DNA of 64,000 nucleotides from a virus (taxonomy: Duplodnaviria > Caudoviricetes): positions 28,766 through 92,765 of IMG/VR virus record IMGVR_UViG_3300037067_024922; one strand, given 5' to 3'. The stretch's first letter is position 1. Each line of letters starts with the position of its first letter. A program made the translations under genes and the position numbers. The notes under the pieces were generated by a model. The model worked only from the letters and a program-made list of their open reading frames with translations. It searched no databases and was not told the DNA's origin. Below, in pieces: positions 27,750 to 37,000 of the stretch.

Positions 27750-28979
27750 ATGAAAACCGGGATTTTATTGTCAGCCTGCATGATAGTAAAAAATGAGGAG
27801 AAAAATCTTGAGCGATGCCTGAAGTCGATTAAGAAATTGGTCGATGAGATCGTGGTGGTGGATACCGGCTCAACAGATCAGACCGTGTCGATAGCAAAAC
27901 ATTTTGGAGCACGGGTCTACCATCACGAGTGGCAAAATGATTTTTCTCTTCATCGTAACCAGGCAATCTCTTATGCTCAAGGTCGGTGGGTAATGACGAT
28001 CGATGCAGATGAGGAACTCGTTTTGGAAAACAATGTGGACAACAAACAGATCCGGGAATTTCTCAGATCAATGGATAATCGATATCCTGCTGTGTGTATT
28101 ACTTTCCATGATATCCAGAAGGGGAGCGATATTCTCCAATTCAACTCTGCCCGGATTTTTCGGAGAGGCTTAGTTGAATACAAAGGGATGGTTCATAATC
28201 AGCCAACATTGAAGATCGAAGGGAACTCGGTCTTCTGTCCGGGAATCCATTTGAAGCATTACGGATACGATCTTACGCCAGAGCAGAAAGCGGCTAAATT
28301 TGAAAGGACGCATACCCTGCTCATGAAGCAGATCGAGACCGGCCAGATGGACGATATGCTCCCATACTTTTTCCTGTCCCAGCTTTATGCTGACAATCAG
28401 CAGATTCATGAGTCGGTGGCTTGGGCGGAGAAGTATTGGGAGAACAAAGACAAGATTGAAAAGAGCCATTTTTGTGACTCTGTTTATTTCACCACAACCA
28501 GACAATACATGAAAATTGGAGATCGTGATAAGGCATATGAATGGTTGACCAGAGGGATTGCGGCTCTTCCTGGCGATCTGGATATGGCTCTTATTGCTCT
28601 TGAGTTTGGAGTTTGGACAAAAAATACTGACCTTCAAATTCAGGCCTGCAAGGATTTCCTTCTTTCATATAGCCTGTTTCAGAAGAATCCGATGATGAAG
28701 GGTAACAGATTTGTCTATGCATTAAGACCAGAGGCATTGGCTTATGTCTACCTTCATCAGACGTTGTCGCAAATAAAGGACGGAACTCAGGCGCTGATGA
28801 ATTTGATGAAGCTGATCCCGAGCCTGCACCCTTCTTATGGCCAAGGGATGATGAAGACCTTAGAAGAGGAGCTTTCAACCTCAGCATTTCCTGTTCATTT
28901 TGTAAAAGATTTGGCGGAGAGTCCGGTGGGAGATCTAAAGGACAAGAAAGAAAATTTTGTATCGTCAACAATTCATTGA
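27750..28979 (+). CDS. GT2 glycosyltransferase with helical TPR-like C-terminus
   Basis: SACMIVKNEE, VVVDTGSTD, WQNDFSLHRN, IDADE (DxD), VHNQ, HYGY. Confidence 0.92.
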   Translation: MKTGILLSACMIVKNEEKNLERCLKSIKKLVDEIVVVDTGSTDQTVSIAKHFGARVYHHEWQNDFSLHRNQAISYAQGRWVMTIDADEELVLENNVDNKQIREFLRSMDNRYPAVCITFHDIQKGSDILQFNSARIFRRGLVEYKGMVHNQPTLKIEGNSVFCPGIHLKHYGYDLTPEQKAAKFERTHTLLMKQIETGQMDDMLPYFFLSQLYADNQQIHESVAWAEKYWENKDKIEKSHFCDSVYFTTTRQYMKIGDRDKAYEWLTRGIAALPGDLDMALIALEFGVWTKNTDLQIQACKDFLLSYSLFQKNPMMKGNRFVYALRPEALAYVYLHQTLSQIKDGTQALMNLMKLIPSLHPSYGQGMMKTLEEELSTSAFPVHFVKDLAESPVGDLKDKKENFVSSTIH

Positions 28980-28995
28980 GGGGAGGATTAAGAAC

Positions 28996-29331
28996 ATGGC
29001 GAAAAAGATAGCAGAGCCTTTGCTGGCGTATTTGGCGGACGGGACTCAGATCACATTCAAACATGCAGTTGATCGCAGAGACGCACTCAACAGGGGAATG
29101 TTACAATTCCCTCCCGGCCAGAAGCCTCCGGAAAAGGCCGTGGTCGTCGAAGGTGAGAAAGCGACAGGGATCGAACCTATCGGCAGTCCTGTGAAAAAAG
29201 AGGAAGAGAGTTTGGATGACATGACCGTTGCTGAACTCAAAACGGCCATTCTGAAACTCGATCCCGACGAGACCTTCAAGGACATGAAAAAAGCAGACCT
29301 GATAATTCTGCTGCAGAATTTGAGAAGTTAA
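28996..29331 (+). CDS. Small head-associated protein with C-terminal HeH/Rho-N-like motif
   Basis: LDDMTVAELK...MKKADLI. Confidence 0.65.
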   Translation: MAKKIAEPLLAYLADGTQITFKHAVDRRDALNRGMLQFPPGQKPPEKAVVVEGEKATGIEPIGSPVKKEEESLDDMTVAELKTAILKLDPDETFKDMKKADLIILLQNLRS

Positions 29332-29370
29332 TTGGGTCACTGATGGTGGCCATTTTAGGGAGGACGATAT

Positions 29371-29895
29371 ATGGCAGGACCTACTTTAGTCATTGAAGAC
29401 GGAACAGCATCAACCCCTTCCGCAAATTCCTACGTGACTGTAGATGAGGTCGTAACTTTCTGCGTCCAATATGGATTGAGCTCTTGGGCCTCCCTTGCCA
29501 CTACAGACATGATAACCTCAATCCTGAGAGGGATGGCCTTTGTTGAATCTGAGTTTAATTTCAAGGGAGTGAAAATGTCTTATGATGATCCTCTTGAATG
29601 GCCAAGATTCGGCATCTATGATGAGGCTGGGGTTGATCCTTCTCAGGATCTTCTGTATTATGAAGAGATCCCCAAAGGGCTGAAGAATGCTGTTTGCAGG
29701 GCTGCTTATGAAGAGTCGGTTGTTCCAGGAGTCCTTCAAGCCAATGTCACTTCAAATATAAGGAGAGAAAGGATTGATGTCATTGAGACTGAGTTTTTTG
29801 GGACCCAACCATCCAAAGTGATTTACAGAACCATTCAAGGATTTCTCAAAGGACTCATCGCAAACACCAATACGGCAAATGTGAAGAGGACGTAA
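29371..29895 (+). CDS. Head-tail adaptor (DnaT-like family)
   Basis: LVIEDGT...ANSYVTV...LEWPR...IP..LKNA. Confidence 0.8.
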   Translation: MAGPTLVIEDGTASTPSANSYVTVDEVVTFCVQYGLSSWASLATTDMITSILRGMAFVESEFNFKGVKMSYDDPLEWPRFGIYDEAGVDPSQDLLYYEEIPKGLKNAVCRAAYEESVVPGVLQANVTSNIRRERIDVIETEFFGTQPSKVIYRTIQGFLKGLIANTNTANVKRT

Positions 29896-30249
29896 ATGGA
29901 TTGGAATAGCAAAATAGCCTCTGCAAAAAGGATGATCGCTGACAAAGGGATCGCGATGACCATTTGTAAGATCGTCCCTGGCACTTATAATGCCACGTCC
30001 GATTCAATTTCTGCCACTCTTACTTCATACAGCACGATTGGGGTAATTACAAATCCTGTCGTCCGTAATACAGATGGCGAATACAGCAGATCGGACAGTG
30101 TCAGGCTTATTCTTCCTGCCTCTGGATTGCCGACGCTTGACAGGATAGCATACAAAGTTGTATGTGGGGAAGATACTTGGTTTCCCAAAAGCACCAGAGC
30201 AGTGAAACCGGGAGGAGTCGTAATAATTTATTTAGCTGATTTGAAATAA
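29896..30249 (+). CDS. Head closure/stopper protein
   Basis: Size, synteny, GTYN...VKPGG. Confidence 0.7.
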   Translation: MDWNSKIASAKRMIADKGIAMTICKIVPGTYNATSDSISATLTSYSTIGVITNPVVRNTDGEYSRSDSVRLILPASGLPTLDRIAYKVVCGEDTWFPKSTRAVKPGGVVIIYLADLK

Positions 30250-30258
30250 GGAGGCTCT

Positions 30259-30591
30259 GTGTTTGGATTTATAGCTCGATGCTGGAAAGGGATCGCTACG
30301 ATAATGGGTATGATTGCCATCGCTGGTGGGATTATGACCATTCCTACATTTGTGGCTACTCCCGCAGATTTAAAGCAGCTGAAGGAAGAGCTTACCACAG
30401 AGTTCAAGAAGTCTATGGAACTGGATCGAAACATTGTCCGGCTTAATCAGATCAATGACTCTCTTATTAGGGCAAGGATTCAGCAAAGACAGTATCCGAA
30501 GGACAAGGATATCGCAGAGGACGTTGAGAGTTTAAAAGCCGATAAAGCTGAGATCCAGAAACAGATTGATGATAGAAACAAACAAAAGTAG
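30259..30591 (+). CDS. Membrane-anchored coiled-coil protein
   Basis: TAAGGAGG RBS; N-terminal TM helix. Confidence 0.6.
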   Translation: MFGFIARCWKGIATIMGMIAIAGGIMTIPTFVATPADLKQLKEELTTEFKKSMELDRNIVRLNQINDSLIRARIQQRQYPKDKDIAEDVESLKADKAEIQKQIDDRNKQK

Positions 30592-30602
30592 GAGGTGCTG
30601 AA

Positions 30603-30779
30603 ATGGCAGACGATAGATCAAGCAGAAAATTTCTTGTTCACGAGAATGACAGGCTCAGGGATGCTCTGAAAACGAGGGATGAAGAAAAGGCAGCATTGGT
30701 CGAAGAGATCAGCGCCTTGAAGACGGAAATAAAGCAGCTGAAGAGGTCAGATTTTGGGAAGAAGTCCAAAGGAGAGTAA
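30603..30779 (+). CDS. Small coiled-coil protein (58 aa), absent from the ORF track
   Basis: AGGAGGT RBS; MADDRSSRKFLVHENDRLRDALK... Confidence 0.55.
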   Translation: MADDRSSRKFLVHENDRLRDALKTRDEEKAALVEEISALKTEIKQLKRSDFGKKSKGE

Positions 30780-30785
30780 TCGGAA

Positions 30786-31301
30786 ATGGGACAATATTCT
30801 CGAGACTTAGAAGAGCAGTTGTGGTTAAGCTCTTCCATGGAACTCGGTGAAGAGCTTACCGAGTCAGCAAGTCAATTTTCTGCGGCACTGCGAAAGATGG
30901 CGGTTGTAATTGATGCCAACATATCCGCAGTCATCAGAAAAGGAGTGCTGGATGTCTTTAGGTCGATCATTAAAAGATCGCCAGTTCTCACCGGAGCATA
31001 TCGTGCCAGCCACGGCATTGCAAATATGGAGCCGGCAGGAGATGAGGATATTGTCAAAGGCAGTAAAGGCGCAGTTATTTCAGCAGAGGTCGCTCTTAAA
31101 AAAGGCGCAAGGTGGACATGGAAGGTCGGTGATGGTGATATTTATCTGTTTAACAATCTGCCTTATGCCGAGAAGTTGGAAAATGGATGGAGCAAGCAAG
31201 CTCCCGCAGGGTGTTATAGAGTCTCCCTTGCAGAGCTTACACAATATTTAAACCAGAAATTGACAAAGATTCAAGGACTGGAACCGATGGGTGGCGAGTA
31301 A
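30786..31301 (+). CDS. Tail completion/neck protein (HK97 gp10-like)
   Basis: SPVLTGAYRAS...NNLPYAEKLENGWSKQAPAG. Confidence 0.85.
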   Translation: MGQYSRDLEEQLWLSSSMELGEELTESASQFSAALRKMAVVIDANISAVIRKGVLDVFRSIIKRSPVLTGAYRASHGIANMEPAGDEDIVKGSKGAVISAEVALKKGARWTWKVGDGDIYLFNNLPYAEKLENGWSKQAPAGCYRVSLAELTQYLNQKLTKIQGLEPMGGE

Positions 31302-31699
31302 TGTTAGTAGAAGAAATAAGATCGGCAATCATGGCAAGTTTGGTAGCATCATGGGCGACCTGCACTGTTATTGATTTGCCAAACTTTCCTTTTAGCGCTC
31401 CCGTTGCATCTGCATGGATAAGGCCGAGAATAAAGCTGGGTAAAAGTTTTGTTGGTGAGATTGGGGACGATGGGATCGGTCTGAGGACTGGAGTAATAAT
31501 GATCTCTGTATTTGTTCCACCGGGAGGAGGTTTGAAAACTGCAAATGGATATGCAGACCGACTGGAGAAATTGTTTAAGAGAGCGGACATTGGAGGAGCA
31601 AGGTTTGACGAGCCAAGCACAGAAGATTTAGGGATCGATGAAGAGAATGGATTTTATCATTTGATGGTTTCTTGTGATCTGAATGCTTGGACAGGATAA
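31301..31699 (+). CDS. Tail terminator (DUF4128-like)
   Basis: PN.PF...GVIMISVFVP.G.G; synteny. Confidence 0.8.
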   Translation: MLVEEIRSAIMASLVASWATCTVIDLPNFPFSAPVASAWIRPRIKLGKSFVGEIGDDGIGLRTGVIMISVFVPPGGGLKTANGYADRLEKLFKRADIGGARFDEPSTEDLGIDEENGFYHLMVSCDLNAWTG

Positions 31700-31747
31700 A
31701 GATTTTAAACACAAATTTTCCGTACAGGAAAGAGCAGGAGGTGGGAA

Positions 31748-33157
31748 ATGTCAACGAAAGAAGATATTGGGTTATCAAGAAAACAGCGCGTCTTCGCCAG
31801 AATCGAAAGTGTGGTGGGAACAATGGTGTTCCCGGTTGGGACGACCGACTTCATCAGGCCGGTCGGAAATGCAGGCATCAACCAAACTCCTGCATTTGCT
31901 GACTCTGAGGAACTTTCCAATACGTTGGATGTTCTCGATCAGTTTCAGAACGCAACGCCGGCAGGGAAATGGAATTTGGCAATGTATCTGAGGCCAACAG
32001 GAGTCCTTGGAGCAGCGGAGCTTATTCAGGGATCAGTCCTTTTGAAGGTTCTGCAAGGACTCGCAAATGAAGCAACGACGGCAGTGGTCAAGGATGCTGT
32101 GGCAAGTGCGACAATATCTACGATCACAATCCAGACGATTGCCGGTGGGGTCATGCCCGTGAATGGGGCGATCAATATCGCAGAGGCTGGCGCCGGAGGC
32201 AAGGTGGAGAAAATCCACTACACTGGAATCACAAGGGTGTCGAGAACGGCCACTGCGGCCACTCTGACCGGATGTGTGAGAGGATATTATTCTTCAACAG
32301 CAGCCACTCATAGTGCAGCCAATGTGATTACGTTGGTTTCTCCGTTTTATCGGCAGGCAACCGATTCTCCGACCTTCTCCCTATGGATTGAGACAGACCA
32401 TTTCGTTCAGGGGCTGTCGGGCTGCAGTATCGAGAATGCAACCTTTGACATATCCAATGATGGAGCAGTGAAGGTCACGATGGATGGGCAAGGGATGCAA
32501 ATGGTTTATGCCGGTACGGCCACTCTTACCCATGCATGTGCCGCCACCACGCAGATTATCCAGGTGTCTGACGCCAGCCGATTCTCCGCAGGGGCATATA
32601 TCTATAATTCATCGGCAGGAACGCCGGTTCGCTTGATCAGCACTGTGGATCAGACCCTCAATCAGATCACCTTGTCGACAACCGTTCAGGCTGCAACCTG
32701 GGCTTCCGGGTCTATCGTCAGAGGGTACTTGCCTCCCGGAACAGAGATCGGAGATCCTATTGAGTCGAAGGATACGGTGGCAAAGATCGACTCTGTGCTT
32801 GCGAAGATCAAGACCGGATCTATCGCATTCAAGACGCCGAAGAAATACATCGAGGATGAGGTCGGAACCGAGTATCCTGAAGACTTCCTTGAGGACAAGA
32901 GAAGCATCTCTTCGTCCTTGGGTCTGTACTTCAGAAAATCTGCCGCTGAGTATTTTACGAAAGGTTTTGATGGTGACGAATCAGCTGTCCTCATAACCTT
33001 CGGGGATACGGCAGGATCAATCGTGGATATTTATTTGCCCAAGTGCAAGCTGACAGTTCCTACGGTCAACTTCGCTTCTCCTGCTGTGGAATTGACGATT
33101 CCGATTTCAGCACTTGGGACTGTCGGGGAAGATAGTGCGGAGATTGTTGTGAGGTAA
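31748..33157 (+). CDS. Major tail tube protein with Thr/Ala-rich inserted domains
   Basis: Position between terminator and chaperone; tube-like N- and C-terminal segments. Confidence 0.8.
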   Translation: MSTKEDIGLSRKQRVFARIESVVGTMVFPVGTTDFIRPVGNAGINQTPAFADSEELSNTLDVLDQFQNATPAGKWNLAMYLRPTGVLGAAELIQGSVLLKVLQGLANEATTAVVKDAVASATISTITIQTIAGGVMPVNGAINIAEAGAGGKVEKIHYTGITRVSRTATAATLTGCVRGYYSSTAATHSAANVITLVSPFYRQATDSPTFSLWIETDHFVQGLSGCSIENATFDISNDGAVKVTMDGQGMQMVYAGTATLTHACAATTQIIQVSDASRFSAGAYIYNSSAGTPVRLISTVDQTLNQITLSTTVQAATWASGSIVRGYLPPGTEIGDPIESKDTVAKIDSVLAKIKTGSIAFKTPKKYIEDEVGTEYPEDFLEDKRSISSSLGLYFRKSAAEYFTKGFDGDESAVLITFGDTAGSIVDIYLPKCKLTVPTVNFASPAVELTIPISALGTVGEDSAEIVVR

Positions 33158-33176
33158 AGGCGGACCATTGGCAACA

Positions 33177-33216
33177 GTGGGGAGGGAGATCCCGGCTCCC
33201 TCCACCGCCGTTATTT
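33177..33216 (+). terminator. Hairpin after tail tube gene
   Basis: GGAGGGAG/CTCCCTCC stem with a weak T tract. Confidence 0.5.
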
Positions 33217-33253
33217 AAAATGACCGGGAAGAATTTTCCGGGAGGATTGAAAG

Positions 33254-33670
33254 ATGAAGCTGAGAACGAAACGTATCGAGGAATGGATCATCATTGAGGG
33301 AGCCGATCCGGGCGAAAAGGCAGAATTTTTGGTGCATCCTTTGTCACCAAAAGAAGTAAATGCCATGCTCGAAAAGGTTAAGATTGTGGAGTGGGACAAA
33401 GGGCAAAGGTTTGTTGATCACAACTTTTACAAATTCAAGCTCCTCAAAATCTTTGCAACCATCATCAAATGGAAAGGGGTTGAGGACGAAGACGGGAATG
33501 AGCTCGGATGTATCGACGCAAACAAAGAGATCATTTATCTTGGCAATTCCGAGTTGATTGACCAGGTGCTTGAAAAGGCGGATGCTCTCTATAAAGCAGT
33601 TCAGGAGAGTGTGGAGAAAGAAGCAAAAAACTCATTGCCTGCGCCGGATGGTACAGCAACCCTAATGTAG
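33254..33670 (+). CDS. Tail assembly chaperone (G-like)
   Basis: Synteny; WKGVED.DG motif; ends just past a slippery site. Confidence 0.85.
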   Translation: MKLRTKRIEEWIIIEGADPGEKAEFLVHPLSPKEVNAMLEKVKIVEWDKGQRFVDHNFYKFKLLKIFATIIKWKGVEDEDGNELGCIDANKEIIYLGNSELIDQVLEKADALYKAVQESVEKEAKNSLPAPDGTATLM

Positions 33671-34008
33671 CAGACTGCGCAGATTGTAAGAAAGTTTTTG
33701 ATGGAAATCCGCCATGCGGTACGGAAGAATGTACAAAGCAGGATCTTCTTCCCGAGAACTCATTAGCATGGCGGATATGGGAGATTGCGAACACTCGGGA
33801 TAGGCCAATTACGATGAGTGGTCTTGGGCCTATCCCGAGCACAGCAATCATAGCTTTATGTGAAGTGTACGGAGCGACTCTTGAAGATTTTGAAAAGGTG
33901 CTGTTGATTGAGAGTCTTCGTTATAAAGAATTGACCGCAAAGAAAAAGAAAGAACCAAAAGATCCAGAAAAGATCCCAGGTCTCGCAAAGAGAAGGAAGA
34001 AAAAATAA
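33625..34008 (+). CDS. Tail assembly chaperone GT extension via programmed -1 frameshift at A AAA AAC (33625-33631)
   Basis: The -1 frame is open from 33631 (LIACAGWYSNPNVADCADC...LLPENSLAWRIW...) through the 33814..34008 ORF to the tape measure start. Confidence 0.88.
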   Translation, partial: KKLIACAGWYSNPNVADCADCKKVFDGNPPCGTEECTKQDLLPENSLAWRIWEIANTRDRPITMSGLGPIPSTAIIALCEVYGATLEDFEKVLLIESLRYKELTAKKKKEPKDPEKIPGLAKRRKKK

Positions 34009-37000
34009 TGGCAGGGATCAAAATCAAAATTTCAACCGAGGAGGCCCAAACTGCTACAAGGAAATTGTATGCAGATTTGGAGAAGCTTGGCGCGACCACC
34101 AAGTTAACCACAATGGAGGTTGATAAACTCCGTCAGCGCATGCTTGACAAAATGGGTGCGGATAAAGCTGTTGATGCAGTAGATCGACTCGCCAAATCAG
34201 TAGGTATGACAAGGTCAGAGGTTGCCAAATTTAATCAGACCCTTGCCCCTGCCAATTTCTCCGACAGGATCACAGCTGGATACAAATCAATCAAGTCGCA
34301 TTGGATGGCGATATCTGTCGCTGCAGCCGCTGCCGGAATAGCCATAAGTAAGGCTCTTGATTATTCTGTGCAAGGTGCAAAGGCCAAACAGGCAGAGGAG
34401 TCTTTCAGGCAGGTTGCGACTGCTGCTAATGAGAGCGCCGATAAAATTATCAGTGCTATGAAAAGAGCTTCTGCGGGAACCATCGATGACAGTGATTTGA
34501 TGCAGAAGGCAGTTAAGGGCATGGTGCTTGGGTTTTCCGGTGATCAAATCATAAAGCTGACTGAGATTGCTCGTGTGTCTGCTCGTGTTGCAGGAGAGGA
34601 TGTCAGAGATGCTTATGAAAATATAACCGATGCAATCAGCACCAATATGCCCCGTGCATTGAAAAGATATGGTTTGATTACAAAGGAAGAAATGTCTTTG
34701 GTCACTAAAGCGGCAGCCGCAGGGATTGAAGATGTAAATCTTTATTCTTTGGTAACTGCCAGAGCTGCTCTTCAATCTGCAAAAATGGGGCCAGCTGTTG
34801 CGAATGCCGCTGAAAAACTGCAAGTATTTCATGCCCAAATTTCTGAAACAAAAGAGACTATGGGGATCTGGATCAATACCGGATTGCAGAAAGCCTATGG
34901 CGTTTTACAAGGCTTTGCCGCTGCTGGCCTGAGTGCTGCTGGCGGGATTGCAATGATTATTACCAAGATTCATGAACTCAATCTCTTTATTGAAGAGCAT
35001 ACAGGAAAAAACGAGAAGGCAATTGCCGCTGCTAAAAAATTGGCTGCCGAGAGCAGAGGGACAGCCGATATGTTGCTTGGCGCAGCGGGAGATCTGTTGG
35101 GTAAGGCGGCTAAGAATATTGAAAATTTAGAAAAGGCTGCCGGAAAATCAGACGCGGCTGCAATCAAGAGAGCTCAAGCTGATTTGGATAGATGGACAAA
35201 AGAGGCTAATGCAAAACTCGCATCAGAAAAAGCCAAACAGAAAGCGACTGCTGAAACAGAAGCCGCAGAGAAGAAATTGGCCGAGGCCATCAAATCTTCG
35301 GCACTTGAAGCTGAACAAGTAGGAGGCTTATCTGCTGCCGAAAAAGAAATGGCCAAGATGGAGGCAGAGGTTAAAGAGTTCAGGGCCAACAAACTAAAAG
35401 AAAAAGACATTGCTCAATATATTGAAAATGAAATTGTCTTGATCGGCAAACTTGGGGCAGAAGAAAGGGAGAAGAATGAGACTGCTCAGTTGGAAAAAGA
35501 GAAAGCCGGTTTGAAAGAATATGAAAAGATGGTTTTGGAAGAGACCGATTTTGCCGTGACAGAAAATGAAAGGGCAATAAACGAGATCATTGCCAAAGCC
35601 ACCATGAAGGATCTGGTTCTTAAGGATCTTCTCAAAAAGAAATTCATAACAGAAGAGCAGTACGCGAAATTGTCTATTAAAATTGAAGAAAATAAAAATA
35701 AAGCAACACTTGAAAAAACAACCGAGAATGCGAAAAGAATAGCTGATCTCAACGCAGACCTGCTCAGTAAGGACAAGAACAATGGAGATAAACTTTATGA
35801 ATTAAGACTCAAACAGATTGATGCTCAAGCTGCGGCATACAAAAAAGACGGAGCATCTTTTGAGGCCATTGAAGCATACAAGAAAGATGCTTTATCTAAG
35901 GCCAATCTTGAAATGGGAGAAAATACAAATAAGTTTTTTGTGGGTGTTCAGGCAGGATTGGAACAGCTAAAGTTAGAGCATGTCACATGGGGTAAGGTTG
36001 CCTCTGATTCTGTCACAACATTTGCCCATGATGCACAACAGGAAATGTCAGATGGATTCTTCAATGTTATGACCGGACGTTTTGGTGAATTTGAATTAGA
36101 ATGGCGTGATCTTTGGGATGGTGTTGCAAGGGTCATGTCTAATAAGTTATCTCAGATGGTTGTTAAGTTTATCGCTGCGCAGGCGACAATGGCAAATGCT
36201 TCAGCTGCCGTCGATTGGGTAACTGCATTGTTCGCAGCAAAGGGCATCTGGGAATTGAAAGGGCCAGAAGAAGGAATCCCTGTCGTTGCGCATCCGGGTG
36301 AAATGATTGTCCCGGCTGAGGTCGCCGATCAAATCCGTAATGGAATGTACGGCAGTGGATATGGCACTCAATTTGAAGGATTATCAGAGGCTCTTGGAAA
36401 TACAGCAATGGGTGGCGGATCAATGGGGAGAGTCGGACAGTCCTTCTTGTCTGGCACCGCTCAGCAATACGGCAAGACTGCTGCGATAGGTCTGGGGATG
36501 AATGTCTCAGGCAAGATATCAACTTCTCAGTTGATGTCTGGATTGCTCAGCCCTCAAGCCCTGCTGAGTTCGATTATTGGCGGAGGAATCCCGGCTGCCG
36601 CATCTTCATATCTGGGTCTCGACAGCAAATCTAAAATAGGTTATGGCATCGGATCGATTGCCGCCAGTCAAGCTCTTGGAGGAATGGCAGGAACAGTTCT
36701 GGGCCCCATCGGTGGCCTTGTAGCAATGTACCTTGTTGAGAAGGCAATGGATGCGATGGACATGAGAACCCAAGAGGCGGTTAAAGATGTTTATGAAGAC
36801 AGGTACGGACAATATTTTGGTGGCGGCATCCAGTATGGTGCTGACATGGCCAAAGGATATTTGACTGATGCTCAATGGGGAGACATGCAATCGGCAATGG
36901 AAGCTGCCCTTAATGCATCAAGCATGATAGGCGACCTCTCCGGTGTCAGAAGTAAAGGAGAGGGAGGTTTTGGGCAGACAGGTTGGGGATACGGAGATTA

